A stretch of 64,000 nucleotides of DNA. It comes from an uncultured Actinomycetota bacterium (GTDB lineage Bacteria; Actinomycetota; Actinomycetes; JAHEKZ01). The position numbers were made by a program, and so were the translations under genes. The notes below the pieces were generated by a model, which was not told the DNA's origin, made no database searches, and saw only the letters and a list, made by a program, of their open reading frames with translations. Every line of letters starts with the position of its first letter. Position 1 is the stretch's first letter. The stretch is from contig CAVQYR010000001.1 in NCBI GenBank assembly GCA_963718235.1, positions 1,472,001-1,536,000 of the forward strand, written 5' to 3'. This document shows, in pieces, positions 49,490 to 59,519 of this stretch.

Positions 49490-50569
49490 GTGGCGACCCG
49501 CCGATTCGCATCCGTGCTGCGCCTGCGCAGCACCCAGGTCCTGGCCCTGCTCGTGACGGCTGTCGCCATGACGGTCGTCGTCCCGGCCGTGGGCCACGCC
49601 GACCCCAACCTGACCATCGAGCAGGCCCAGAGCCGCGTCGACGCCTTGTACGAGGAGGCCGAGCAGGCCACCGAGCGCGCCCACACCGCGCAGGTCCAGG
49701 TCGACTCGACCAAGGCCGAGCTCGACCGGGTCCAGCGCCAGCTGCAGCGCGAGCGAGACCAGGTGGCCGCCCTCGACGCGGCCATGGGCCAGTACGCCGC
49801 GGCGCTGTACACCAGCGGTGGCATGGACCCGACCCTGCAGGTGATCCTCGCCGACGACCCGGCCGACTTCTTGTCCCAGGCCGGTGCGCTGGACCAGGTC
49901 GCCCGCACCCAGGACGCCGCCTTCCGCGAGGCCCAGGTGGCCCGCCAGCAGCTGGCCCAGACCCAGGCCGTGGTCGACCAGAAGCTGGCCAAGCTGCGTG
50001 AGCTCGAGGCCCAGGCCGCCAAGGAGCAGGCGGCCGCCGACGCCAAGCTCGCCGAGGCCAAGGACGTCCTGGCGAACCTCAAGGCCGAGGAGCGCCAGCG
50101 CCTGGCCGACCTGGCCGCGCAGCGCGCAGCCGACGCCCAGCAGGCCTCCCGGGACAACATCGCCTCGGTCCCAGCCCCCAGCGGCGGAGGAGGCTCGCCC
50201 GGTTCGGTCGACGGTCGGGCCGGGAGCGCGGTCGCGTACGCCTACGCCCAGCTCGGCAAGCCCTACGTCTTCGGGGCCGCCGGGCCCAGCGCCTTCGACT
50301 GCTCCGGCCTCACGATGGCCGCCTGGGGACAGGTGGGGGTCTACCTGCCGCACGCATCGAGCCAGCAGTACGCGATGACCTCCCGGGTCTCGTCGTCTGA
50401 CCTGCAGCCCGGCGACCTCGTCTTCTTCTACAGCGGGATCTCCCACGTCGGGATCTACGTCGGCGGCGGTGTGTTCGTGCACGCGGCCAACCCGACCGAC
50501 GGCGTGGTCGCCGACCAGCTGTTCAGCAGCTACTGGCAGTCGGTCTACGTCGGTGCCGGTCGGGTCTGA
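49490..50569 (+). CDS. NlpC/P60 (C40) cell-wall endopeptidase with coiled-coil
   Basis: Signal peptide, coiled coil, GKPYVFGA-GP-FDCSG, HVGIY. Confidence 0.95.
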   Translation: MATRRFASVLRLRSTQVLALLVTAVAMTVVVPAVGHADPNLTIEQAQSRVDALYEEAEQATERAHTAQVQVDSTKAELDRVQRQLQRERDQVAALDAAMGQYAAALYTSGGMDPTLQVILADDPADFLSQAGALDQVARTQDAAFREAQVARQQLAQTQAVVDQKLAKLRELEAQAAKEQAAADAKLAEAKDVLANLKAEERQRLADLAAQRAADAQQASRDNIASVPAPSGGGGSPGSVDGRAGSAVAYAYAQLGKPYVFGAAGPSAFDCSGLTMAAWGQVGVYLPHASSQQYAMTSRVSSSDLQPGDLVFFYSGISHVGIYVGGGVFVHAANPTDGVVADQLFSSYWQSVYVGAGRV

Positions 50570-50578
50570 CCCCGCGCG

Positions 50579-51838
50579 GTGAGCCGCGCGGGCACCCTGG
50601 TGGCGGCCGCGGCCGTCGCCACGGTTCTGGGGCTGCTCGGGCCCGCTCAGTCTGGCCACGCGTCCAGCCCAGCCACCCCGGCCTGGTTCGACCGATCGGT
50701 GCACGGCGTCACCGATGCCGTGCTGGGGGCATTGGCCACCGGCCAGCTCGACCAGGTGGTGGCCCGCCGGGCCCGGGCCGTGCAGGACAAGGACGCGGCC
50801 GCCTTCGTCGCTGACGCCAGGCCGTTCGCCGTCCCTTCGGCGCGCGCCGCCGCTCGGGGACTGCGCGCGGTTCCCTTCCAGCGCTACGCACTGCGGGTGG
50901 TGTCCGTCACGTCGGACGACGTGCGGGCCGGAGTGCTCGACGGTCAGGTGCGCCTGCGCTACCGCCTGCCCGGTGACACCACGGATGTGGTCCGCGACGT
51001 CGCGGTCGGCCTGCGCCGCGAGGGCGCACGCTGGTCGCTGGCCCGGTGGACCCCCGAGCAGGCCGACCTGTGGGACCTCGGCCCGGTCGCGGTCTCCCGG
51101 CGTGGCGCTGCCCTCGTCCTCGGCTCGGCGCGGACGTTCGACCGGGCCGAGCTGGACGGGCTGGCCGACCTGACCGCTGCTGCCCTGCGTTCCGTGGACG
51201 ACGTGTGGCCGTACCGCTGGGCACGCCGGGCCACCGTGGTCCTCCCGGCCGACACCCGGGCCATGGTCGCCCTGCTCGATGCCGGTTCCGACGTGTCCGG
51301 ACTCGCCGGGATCACCACGGTCGAGCGTGCCCATCGAGGTGTCGCAGTGCGGGTCACGGTCAACCCTCGCTTCTACCCGACCCTGGCACCGGTGGCCCGG
51401 CAGATCGTGCTGCGGCACGAGCTGACCCACGTGGCGCAGTTCGGGCTGGACCGGGCGGGGGTCCCGCAGTGGCTGGTCGAGGGGCTGGCCGAGCACGTGG
51501 GCTACGCCGGCAGCGGGGTGTCCCGGTCCTACGTCGCCGCCGACCTGCTCGGCCAGGTGCGCTCGGGAAACACCCCCAAGCAGCTTCCGGACGACGACGC
51601 CTTCGCCTTCGCGGCGAGCCGGGCGGCGCGAGGGCTGGCCTACCGCAGCGGGTGGACGGCGTGTGAGTTCATCTCCGACACCTTCGGCGAAGCGCAGCTG
51701 ATCCGCTTCTACCGTGCCGTCGCAGCGGGTTCGGGGTCCTCAGCCAGGCGGGTGCGTCAGGCGAGTCGGGACATCCTGTCGCTGACGACTGCGCAGCTCA
51801 CGTCCGGCTGGCAGTCGTGGCTGCGGGAGCTCGCGTGA
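50579..51838 (+). CDS. Exported HEXXH (gluzincin-like) protein
   Basis: Signal peptide; LRHELTH...PQWLVEGLAE. Confidence 0.8.
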   Translation: MSRAGTLVAAAAVATVLGLLGPAQSGHASSPATPAWFDRSVHGVTDAVLGALATGQLDQVVARRARAVQDKDAAAFVADARPFAVPSARAAARGLRAVPFQRYALRVVSVTSDDVRAGVLDGQVRLRYRLPGDTTDVVRDVAVGLRREGARWSLARWTPEQADLWDLGPVAVSRRGAALVLGSARTFDRAELDGLADLTAAALRSVDDVWPYRWARRATVVLPADTRAMVALLDAGSDVSGLAGITTVERAHRGVAVRVTVNPRFYPTLAPVARQIVLRHELTHVAQFGLDRAGVPQWLVEGLAEHVGYAGSGVSRSYVAADLLGQVRSGNTPKQLPDDDAFAFAASRAARGLAYRSGWTACEFISDTFGEAQLIRFYRAVAAGSGSSARRVRQASRDILSLTTAQLTSGWQSWLRELA

Positions 51839-53139
51839 CCCCGCGCGCGGCCGCCGTGCTGGTGCTCGCCGTCCTGGTGCCCCTGCTGGCCCTCGCGATC
51901 CTGCTGCTGACGCCGTGGCGTCCCATGGGCGACGTCTCGTCGGCCGACCGCGTGGCCCCCCGGGTGGCGGGCGACTTCACCGAGCAGGAGGTGGCCACGG
52001 GGGAGTCCTTCGCTTCTGCGATCAGGGTTCCGGGCTATCTGGCCCTGGCCACCGGGCTGCTGGTCGGGGCGGTGCTGGGGTTCACGCCGCTGGGCGCTCG
52101 GCTGGTCACCGCGGCGGCGCGCCCGGTCGGGGGCGGCTGGCTGGCCCAGGTGCTGCTCGGCGGGCTGGCGGTGCTCCTGGTCGTGCGCCTGGCCACCCTT
52201 CCGTTCGGGTTCTGGGCTGAGTCCCTGCGTCGGTCGGCCGGCCTGTCGACCCGGTCGTGGGGGGACTGGACGCTCGACGTCGCGAAGGGTTTCGGGGTCA
52301 ACGCGGTCCTGATGCTGCTCATCCTGACCGCGTTGGTCGGGCTGGCCCGGGCTCTGCCTCGGTGGTGGTGGGCTCCGGCCGCACTGGGCGCGGCGACCCT
52401 CGTGGTCGTCGTGTCGTTCGCGTACCCGCTGGTCGTGGAGCCGGTGTTCAACCGCTTCACCCCGATGGCCGACGGTCCCCTGCGGACCTCGCTGCTCCAG
52501 CTCGCCGACGACGACGGTGTCAGCGTCGACGACGTGCTGGTCGCCGACGCCAGCCGACGCACGTCGACGTTGAACGCCTACGTCTCGGGGTTCGCCGGGA
52601 GCCGTCGGATCGTCGTCTACGACACGTTGCTGGACCAGGCGCCTGCCGACGAGGTGCGGCTGGTCGTGGCTCACGAGCTCGGGCACGCCAAGGAGCACGA
52701 TGTGGCCAAGGGCACGGCGTTGGGGGCCTTGGGCGCTGCGGTGACGGTGGTCGCGCTGTACCTGCTGCTGGCCTGGCGGCCGCTGCTCGACGCGTCTGGT
52801 GCGCAGTCGGCCGGAGACCCCCGGGTCCTCGCGCTGGTGCTGTCGCTGATCGCGATCGGGACGTTCGTCACCGCACCCGTCCAGGCCGTGGTGAGCCGTC
52901 AGGTCGAGGCCCGTGCGGACGTCCACGCGTTGGACCTCACCCACGACCCGACGACGTTCGCCCTGATGCAGAAGCGGCTGGCGGTCACGGCGCGCGCCGA
53001 CTTGACGCCGCCTTCCCTGGGCTTCTTCTGGTTCGGGTCGCACCCCACGGCTCCGCAACGCATCGCCTTGTCCCGAACCTGGGCCAACGTCCACGGGGTG
53101 CCCGAGCCGGGACCGCTGCTGGAGGAGGCGAACCGTTGA
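51835..53139 (+). CDS. M48/Ste24 membrane metalloprotease
   Basis: P-FNRFTP, NAYVSG, RIVVYDTL, HELGH, EARAD, SHP..QRI. Confidence 0.92.
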   Translation: MTPRAAAVLVLAVLVPLLALAILLLTPWRPMGDVSSADRVAPRVAGDFTEQEVATGESFASAIRVPGYLALATGLLVGAVLGFTPLGARLVTAAARPVGGGWLAQVLLGGLAVLLVVRLATLPFGFWAESLRRSAGLSTRSWGDWTLDVAKGFGVNAVLMLLILTALVGLARALPRWWWAPAALGAATLVVVVSFAYPLVVEPVFNRFTPMADGPLRTSLLQLADDDGVSVDDVLVADASRRTSTLNAYVSGFAGSRRIVVYDTLLDQAPADEVRLVVAHELGHAKEHDVAKGTALGALGAAVTVVALYLLLAWRPLLDASGAQSAGDPRVLALVLSLIAIGTFVTAPVQAVVSRQVEARADVHALDLTHDPTTFALMQKRLAVTARADLTPPSLGFFWFGSHPTAPQRIALSRTWANVHGVPEPGPLLEEANR

Positions 53140-54275
53140 CCCGGGTCCTGGTCGTCACCAACGACTTCCCGCCCCGGTCCGGGGGGATCCAGACCTTCGT
53201 GCACGAGCTGGTGCGCCGGCTTCCGCCCGACGGCGTCGTCGTGTACACGTCGAAGTGGCGTGGCTGGGAGGCGTTCGACGCCGAGCAGGCGTTCCCCGTG
53301 GTCCGCGAGGACACCAAGGTGCTGCTGCCGACCCCCGGTGCGCGGCGTCGCGCGGTGTCGCTCCTCCAGCAGCACGGGTGCGACGCGGTGCTCTTCGGCG
53401 CGGCGGCGCCCCTCGGGCTGCTCGGTCCTTCGCTGCGCAACGCCGGGGCTCAGCGCGTGGTGGCGCTGACCCACGGGCACGAGGCGGGGTGGGCCCAGCT
53501 GCCCGGTCCCCGCCAGGTGCTCCGGAGGATCGGAGACGGCGTCGACACCGTCACGTACCTGGGTGAGTACACCCGCACCCGGATCGCCTCCGCGCTCACT
53601 CCGGCGGCGGCTGCGCAGATGGTGCGGCTGACCCCCGGCGTCGACACCACGGTGTTCCGCCCCGACCCGTTGGGGCGGGCTCGCGTCCGCGCCCGGCACG
53701 GACTGGGGGACCGTCCCGTGGTCGTGTGCGTGTCGCGCCTCATGCCACGCAAGGGTCAGGACGTGCTGGTGCGGGTCTGGCCGCAGGTGGTGCGGTCAGT
53801 CCCGGGCGCCGCCCTGCTCGTCGTCGGGGGAGGGCCCTACCGCAAGCGGCTGCGGCGGATGGTGGCCGACCGCGGTCTGACCAGCGACGTGGTGCTGACC
53901 GGCGGCGTGCCCTTCGAGGAGCTGCCCGCCCACTTCGCGGCCGGTGACGTCTTCGCGATGCCGGCGCGCACCCGCAACCGTGGCCTGGACGTCGAGGGGC
54001 TGGGAATCGTCTACCTCGAGGCCTCGGCCACGATGCTCCCGGTGATCGCCGGGGACTCCGGCGGTGCCCCCGACGCCGTGCTCCCCGAGCAGACGGGGGT
54101 GGTGGTCGACGGTCACTCCGACTCGGCGGTCTGCCAACAGGTCGTCGGCTTGCTCACCGACCCCGAGCGGCGGGCTCGGATGGGGGTTCGGGGGCGGGCC
54201 TGGGTCGAGGAGCAGTGGAGCTGGGACCAGCAGGCGCGGGTGCTGGCCGGCCTGCTCGACCCGGCGTCGCGCTAG
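53136..54275 (+). CDS. pimB: GT4 glycosyltransferase (PimB'-like mannosyltransferase)
   Basis: VTNDFPPRSGGIQ, THGHE, SRL-PRKGQD, EGLGIVYLEA; TTG start overlaps the upstream stop. Confidence 0.85.
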   Translation: MTRVLVVTNDFPPRSGGIQTFVHELVRRLPPDGVVVYTSKWRGWEAFDAEQAFPVVREDTKVLLPTPGARRRAVSLLQQHGCDAVLFGAAAPLGLLGPSLRNAGAQRVVALTHGHEAGWAQLPGPRQVLRRIGDGVDTVTYLGEYTRTRIASALTPAAAAQMVRLTPGVDTTVFRPDPLGRARVRARHGLGDRPVVVCVSRLMPRKGQDVLVRVWPQVVRSVPGAALLVVGGGPYRKRLRRMVADRGLTSDVVLTGGVPFEELPAHFAAGDVFAMPARTRNRGLDVEGLGIVYLEASATMLPVIAGDSGGAPDAVLPEQTGVVVDGHSDSAVCQQVVGLLTDPERRARMGVRGRAWVEEQWSWDQQARVLAGLLDPASR

Positions 54276-54339
54276 CGGTGCGGCCCAGGACGCCGGTCGA
54301 GCGGCTGCCGAGAGAGGCGGTCCCGACGGTGGGTGGGGT

Positions 54340-55851
54340 CTAGCCGCCGGAGACGGTGGTCACGACTCGGGCGCGGGTGGTGGGCTGCTGCCACAGCCGC
54401 CAGGTGTCCGCCAGGCTCAGTCCGGCCCAGGCCACGAACGGAAGCACGAGCAGCAGCGGCGCCCACCACAGGTCGGTGAGTGAGACCCCGCTGAACAGCA
54501 ACCCGGTGCACGTCGTCATCCCGGCGAGCTTGACCGAGTACACGACGGTGGCCCCGGGCGGTGCGGGGGTGTCCCGGTTGCCCAGCAGGTCGGCCCGGTG
54601 CGGGTGCAGGACCGACGAGCGCTGGGCGCTGGCGACGACCAGCGCGGTGCAGGCGAGCCCGCAGCCCACGGTGGCGGTCACCTGGGCCACCGACTCCGGC
54701 GTCGGGGCGCGCAGCGAGCCGCTGATCAGCGCCACCCCCACCGCGAGCAGAGTCGTCTCGGCGGTGACGTAGGTCTTCGCCACGAAGGCTGGGCGCATCC
54801 ATCCGGGCAACGTGGACAGCCACAGGGCACCGCTGGAGTCGAGCGCGAACACGTTGATCCCGAACACCAGTCCGGCGCCCGCGGCGACCAGTCCCGGCAG
54901 CAGGACCAGCGACTGCCAGGACAAGGCTGCGGCCGCTGCCACCGCGCCCGGCAGCAGCAGCAGCACGATCAGCCCGCGGCGCAGGGGTGGTGCCCTCCAG
55001 ACGCTCGCCCGGTCGACGGCGATCAGCTCGGCCAGCGGCGACGAGCCGGGTCGCCGGCGGGCGACCCGGCTGGCGCTGGTGAGCCGGTGCTGGTCACCCG
55101 GGCGCCGCAGGGCCCAGGCGCTGAGCCGGCTGCCGGCGTAGAAGGCCAGGATCGACCCCACCACCAGGACGCAGAGGCCGAACCACCAGGAGAGCCAGTC
55201 CCCGCGGTAGCCGGCGACGGCGGTGTTCAGCGCCTGCGTCGTCGGGGAGTGGTTGAGCACCGGCACGGTCAGCCCTGCCCGGGCCGAGTACAGGACGACG
55301 ACACCGAGCAGCGCGGCCAGGAACCAGGTGCCGACCCGGCCGGCCCGTCGTTGCCGCAGGCCGATGATCAGCCAGGCGGTCGCCTGGCCGAGCAGGGTCA
55401 CGCAGGTCACGTAGACCAGCGACGTGGCCACCGGGAGCACGGTGAACCCCGACAGCGGGCCGGCGGCCAGACCCGTGACCACGATCACGGCGACGACGTT
55501 GAGCAACCAGGCGAGGTTGGCCGGCACCAGGGCCAGCGCGGTCAGGAACTGGGTGTGGGCGCGGGTCGGGTAGGCCACGAGCTGGTCGGCCGGGTACAGC
55601 ACGTTTCCTCCCCCGGCGGCCAGGGGTGCGAGAACGGCCAGGACGACGAAGGCCAGGTAGAGGGTCGGTGCGGACACGGCGAGGGTCAACGCCACCTGCT
55701 GGGGGACGAACCCGGACAGAAGCACACCGGAGAGGGTCAGGAGGACAGGCAGGGTGGCCAGGAGCACCAGTCCGATCCGCAGGGGGTGGCTTCGGATCAT
55801 CGTCCAGCGCAGCCTGACCAGGGCCACCAGCTGCGACGACGAGCGGGTCAT
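54340..55851 (-). CDS. Multi-TM membrane protein, probable ABC permease
   Basis: Many hydrophobic segments; ATG overlaps the stop of the ABC ATPase. Confidence 0.75.
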   Translation of the reverse strand: MTRSSSQLVALVRLRWTMIRSHPLRIGLVLLATLPVLLTLSGVLLSGFVPQQVALTLAVSAPTLYLAFVVLAVLAPLAAGGGNVLYPADQLVAYPTRAHTQFLTALALVPANLAWLLNVVAVIVVTGLAAGPLSGFTVLPVATSLVYVTCVTLLGQATAWLIIGLRQRRAGRVGTWFLAALLGVVVLYSARAGLTVPVLNHSPTTQALNTAVAGYRGDWLSWWFGLCVLVVGSILAFYAGSRLSAWALRRPGDQHRLTSASRVARRRPGSSPLAELIAVDRASVWRAPPLRRGLIVLLLLPGAVAAAAALSWQSLVLLPGLVAAGAGLVFGINVFALDSSGALWLSTLPGWMRPAFVAKTYVTAETTLLAVGVALISGSLRAPTPESVAQVTATVGCGLACTALVVASAQRSSVLHPHRADLLGNRDTPAPPGATVVYSVKLAGMTTCTGLLFSGVSLTDLWWAPLLLVLPFVAWAGLSLADTWRLWQQPTTRARVVTTVSGG

Positions 55852-56567
55852 GACAGCAGCGACCGGTAGCGCTCGGCGCCCTGGTCGCCGGCGAGCTCGG
55901 CCACGGGTGCGGCGGCCACCACCTGTCCGCGACGCAGAACCACGGCCTCGTCGCAGGCCTGCACGGCCAGGGGGAGCAGGTGGGTGGAGACCACGACCGC
56001 CGAGCCGTTGGCGCGCAGCTCGTCGATCAGGGTCATGGTGGCCTCGACGCCGATCGGGTCGACCCCGTCGAAGGGCTCGTCGAGCAGCAGCACCTCGGGT
56101 TCGTGGAACGCGGCCAGCAGGACCGACATCCGACGCCCCATGCCGTGGGAGAAGCCCGCGGTGATCCGGTCGCTCTCGCCGCCGAGGTCGAACCGGTCGA
56201 GCAGCTGGCGGGCCCGGGACTGCCAGCCGGAGCCGGTACCCCGCAGTCGCGCAGCCAGCTCGAGGTGCTCCCACGGGGTGGCCCGAGGGATGAGGCCCCC
56301 GACGTCTGGGCAGTAGCCGACCCGCTCCCTCACCCCGTCGGGGTCCGACGCCACGTCGACCCCACCCACCCGAACGCCTCCGGACGTGGGCGGCAGCACC
56401 CCGGCGAGGACCTTGAGGGTGGTCGACTTGCCTGCGCCGTTGCGCCCCACCAGGGCTACCGACGCACCGGCGGGCACCGACAGGTCGAACCCGGACACGG
56501 CAAGGACCGGGCCGAACGACACCGTCAGGCCCGAGACGTCGAGTACGGGGGTCATCGCCGCGTCCAT
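55848..56567 (-). CDS. ABC transporter ATP-binding protein
   Basis: GRNGAGKS, FSHGM, LLLDEPFDG; start uncertain (56555-56585). Confidence 0.92.
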   Translation of the reverse strand: MDAAMTPVLDVSGLTVSFGPVLAVSGFDLSVPAGASVALVGRNGAGKSTTLKVLAGVLPPTSGGVRVGGVDVASDPDGVRERVGYCPDVGGLIPRATPWEHLELAARLRGTGSGWQSRARQLLDRFDLGGESDRITAGFSHGMGRRMSVLLAAFHEPEVLLLDEPFDGVDPIGVEATMTLIDELRANGSAVVVSTHLLPLAVQACDEAVVLRRGQVVAAAPVAELAGDQGAERYRSLLS

Positions 56568-56626
56568 CGGCGCAACCATCGGCACGGGGGCGGTCGGTCT
56601 GAACGTGGCGTTCGGACGAACAACGG

Positions 56627-58417
56627 TCAGGAGTACAGCGCGTCGATCTCCTCGGCGAACTCCGCGGCCACGGCTTGGCGGCGCACCTTGAGGGTCGGGG
56701 TGAGATGGCCGGCGCCTTCGGTGAGGTCGACCGGCAGCACGGTGAAGCGCTTGATCGCCTCGGCGCGCGAGACCGCATGGTTGGCCTCGGCGACCGCGTC
56801 GGCGATCGCGGCCCGGATCTCCTCGTCGTCGACCAGCGCGCGTGGGTCGGTGAAGGGTCGGCCGTGCTCGTCGAGCCAGTGCGGCAGCGCCTCGGCGTCC
56901 AGGGTGACCAGAGCAGCGACATAGGGCCGGCCGTCACCGACGACCATGGCCTGGCTGACGAGGGGGTGGGCCCGCAGGCGGTCCTCCAGCGCTGCCGGGG
57001 CGACGTTCTTGCCCCCCGAGGTGACCAGGATCTCCTTGAGCCGACCGGTGATCGACAGGTACCCCTCGTCGTCCAACGTGCCCAGGTCGCCGGTCCGGAG
57101 CCAGCCGTCGGGGTCGATGGCTGCGTCGCTGGCGTGCCCGTTGTTCCAGTACCCACGCATGATGTGCGGCCCGCGCAGCCACACCTCGCCGTCGTCGGAG
57201 ATGGCGACCTCAGTCCCCGGGAGCGGTCGCCCGACACTGCCGATCCGCTGGTGGGTGGGCGTGTTGACGGTGGCTGCTGCCGTCGTCTCGGTGAGGCCGT
57301 ACCCCTCGAGCACGGTGACACCGACACCGCGGAAGAAGTGAGCCAGCCGCGGGCCGAGGGCGGCACCCCCTGAGATCGCCCACGACACGTTGCCGCCCAT
57401 GGCCGCGCGCAGCTTCCGGTAGACGAGGCGGTCCAGCAGCGCGTGCCGGATCCGAAGCGACGTCGAGACCGTCTCGGCATCAAGTGCCCGGCTGTACTCG
57501 AGGGCGACCCGGGTGGCCTCGGCGAAGATCCGGCCCTTGCCCTCGCTCACGGCTCGTTGCTCGGCCCCGCTGTAGATCTTCTCGAACACGCGGGGGACGG
57601 CGAGGACGAAGGAGGGTCGGATCTGCGCGAGCTGCTCGGCCAGCACCCGAGGGTCGGGGCAGTGGGCGACCCGGATCCCCGCGCTGACGCAGGCCACGGC
57701 GATGTCGCGGGCGAACACGTGGGCGAGGGGAAGGAACAGCAGCGTGGAGGCGTCGGGGACGTCGAAGAGCGCGTCGAGGGCGCTGATCGCACTGGCTGAG
57801 TCGAACAGGAGGTTGCCGTGGGTGAGCTCGACCCCCTTGGGCCGCCCCGTCGTCCCCGAGGTGTAGATCAGCGTGGCCAGCGAGCTGCGGTCGAGGGCGG
57901 CACGCCGGTCCGCGAGCGGCGCAGGGTCCTGGCCGGCTCCGTTCGTGGCGAGGTCGTCCACGGCGCCCGCGTCGATCGACCACACCGAACGCAGGTCTGG
58001 GCACCGGGACCGCACGTCGGCGACCAGCTGATCGTGCGCGGTCGTCTCGACCACCACGCCCACGGCACCGGAGTCGGACAGGATCCACTGCACCTGCTCG
58101 GCCGACGAGGTCTCGTAGATCGGCACCGGCACGGCTCCCGCCGTCCACAGTGCGAAGTCGACCAAGGTCCACTCGTAGCGGGTGCGGGACAAGACGCCCA
58201 CCCGGTCACCGGGTTCGACCCCGGCCGCCACGAACCCCAGGGCCACCTGCTCGACCTGCTGCGCCCAGGCCTGCGCCGTGACCGGGTTCCAACGACCGCC
58301 CTGGGGGCGTTCGAACAGGACGAGGCCGGGTCGGGAGCGGGCGATCCGGTGCACCAGGTCGCCGAGGGCGTCGTGCGGGGCTCCGGACACGGGGGCTGGC
58401 GACGACGCGGTACGCAC
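56627..58417 (-). CDS. Long-chain fatty acyl-CoA ligase (FadD15-like)
   Basis: YTSGTTGRPKG, GYGLTET, TGDLG, TPTLK; GGGAGG RBS. Confidence 0.93.
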   Translation of the reverse strand: MRTASSPAPVSGAPHDALGDLVHRIARSRPGLVLFERPQGGRWNPVTAQAWAQQVEQVALGFVAAGVEPGDRVGVLSRTRYEWTLVDFALWTAGAVPVPIYETSSAEQVQWILSDSGAVGVVVETTAHDQLVADVRSRCPDLRSVWSIDAGAVDDLATNGAGQDPAPLADRRAALDRSSLATLIYTSGTTGRPKGVELTHGNLLFDSASAISALDALFDVPDASTLLFLPLAHVFARDIAVACVSAGIRVAHCPDPRVLAEQLAQIRPSFVLAVPRVFEKIYSGAEQRAVSEGKGRIFAEATRVALEYSRALDAETVSTSLRIRHALLDRLVYRKLRAAMGGNVSWAISGGAALGPRLAHFFRGVGVTVLEGYGLTETTAAATVNTPTHQRIGSVGRPLPGTEVAISDDGEVWLRGPHIMRGYWNNGHASDAAIDPDGWLRTGDLGTLDDEGYLSITGRLKEILVTSGGKNVAPAALEDRLRAHPLVSQAMVVGDGRPYVAALVTLDAEALPHWLDEHGRPFTDPRALVDDEEIRAAIADAVAEANHAVSRAEAIKRFTVLPVDLTEGAGHLTPTLKVRRQAVAAEFAEEIDALYS

Positions 58418-58525
58418 GGCTTCCTCCCAGAGGTCAGTCAGGGACCTCCGGACGCTACCCGGTGGAGGGCCGGCTCGCGCGGGTGACGATTCAAGGGAGT
58501 TCGGCCAGACGCCGACGAAACGCTC

Positions 58526-58969
58526 ATGACGTCTTCCACGCAGCTCGCCTGCTCCCAGTGCGGGGCCCTGGCGCGTCCGGACGCCGACTGGTGCTCGCTG
58601 TGCCTCCACCCCCTGCGCGCACCCGTGGTCGAGGCGCCGCTGGACCCGCTGACCGCGCCGCTCGACCAGCTGGTGGGCGAGCCGGTCGCCGTCCCCGTGG
58701 CCGAGCCGCCCCCGGTGGCCGACCACTGGGCGTCGGAGACCACGGACCCGCCCGGGCCCGTGGCCCCAGCACCTGGACCGCCGGACCCCGACACCGTCGA
58801 GGTCATGCTCGCGATGCTGGCCGCCGAGACCCGCAACGGCGACCCCGTCGCACCCCTGGCCGGAAGGCTCAGCGACAAGGGGACCCGGGTGGCGGTGACC
58901 ATCGCCGGCATCGCCGTGATGACGGTGGTCTCGTTGGCCGTGCTCCTCGTGGTCGGCGCGCTCACCTGA
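58526..58969 (+). CDS. Hypothetical protein with N-terminal zinc ribbon and C-terminal TM helix
   Basis: CSQC...CSLC, Pro-rich middle, hydrophobic C-terminus. Confidence 0.7.
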   Translation: MTSSTQLACSQCGALARPDADWCSLCLHPLRAPVVEAPLDPLTAPLDQLVGEPVAVPVAEPPPVADHWASETTDPPGPVAPAPGPPDPDTVEVMLAMLAAETRNGDPVAPLAGRLSDKGTRVAVTIAGIAVMTVVSLAVLLVVGALT

Positions 58970-59053
58970 CCGAGGGGCCCGGGACTTCGGCTCGCTAGGG
59001 TTCGACCGTCGGCATTGACACCGCCGTCCGAGTCGAGCCGCTGAGAGGACCCC

Positions 59054-59494
59054 ATGGCCGAGCGAACCACGTCGCACATCTCCATCGCAGCGCCTGCGTC
59101 GCAGATCATGGCCGTGATCGCGGACCTCGAGGCGTACCCGGAGTGGACCGGTTCGGTGAAGTCCGTGGAGATCCTCAGCGTCTTCGACGACGAGGACGAA
59201 CGCCCGGCCGAGGCCACCTTCGTGCTGGATGCGGGGGCGATCAAGGACACCTACACCCTCGCCTACGAGTGGGAGGACGACACCTTGGTCAGCTGGACCC
59301 TGGTCCGCGGCGAGATCCTCACCGCGATGACCGGCAGCTACCGGCTCACCGACAACGGCGACGGCACGACCGACGTCGCGTACGCCCTGGAGCTGGACAT
59401 CAAGATCCCGATGATCGGCCTGCTGCGCCGCAAGGCCGAGAAGGTGATCACCGACACCGCGTTGAAGGAGCTGCAGAAGCGGGTCAGCAGCTGA
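59054..59494 (+). CDS. SRPBCC/START family protein
   Basis: IAD-EAYPEW, IKDTYTLAYEW, RRKAEKVITDTALKEL. Confidence 0.92.
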   Translation: MAERTTSHISIAAPASQIMAVIADLEAYPEWTGSVKSVEILSVFDDEDERPAEATFVLDAGAIKDTYTLAYEWEDDTLVSWTLVRGEILTAMTGSYRLTDNGDGTTDVAYALELDIKIPMIGLLRRKAEKVITDTALKELQKRVSS

Positions 59495-59519
59495 CCCGGA
59501 AGGCCGGTAGCCTCGCCGG

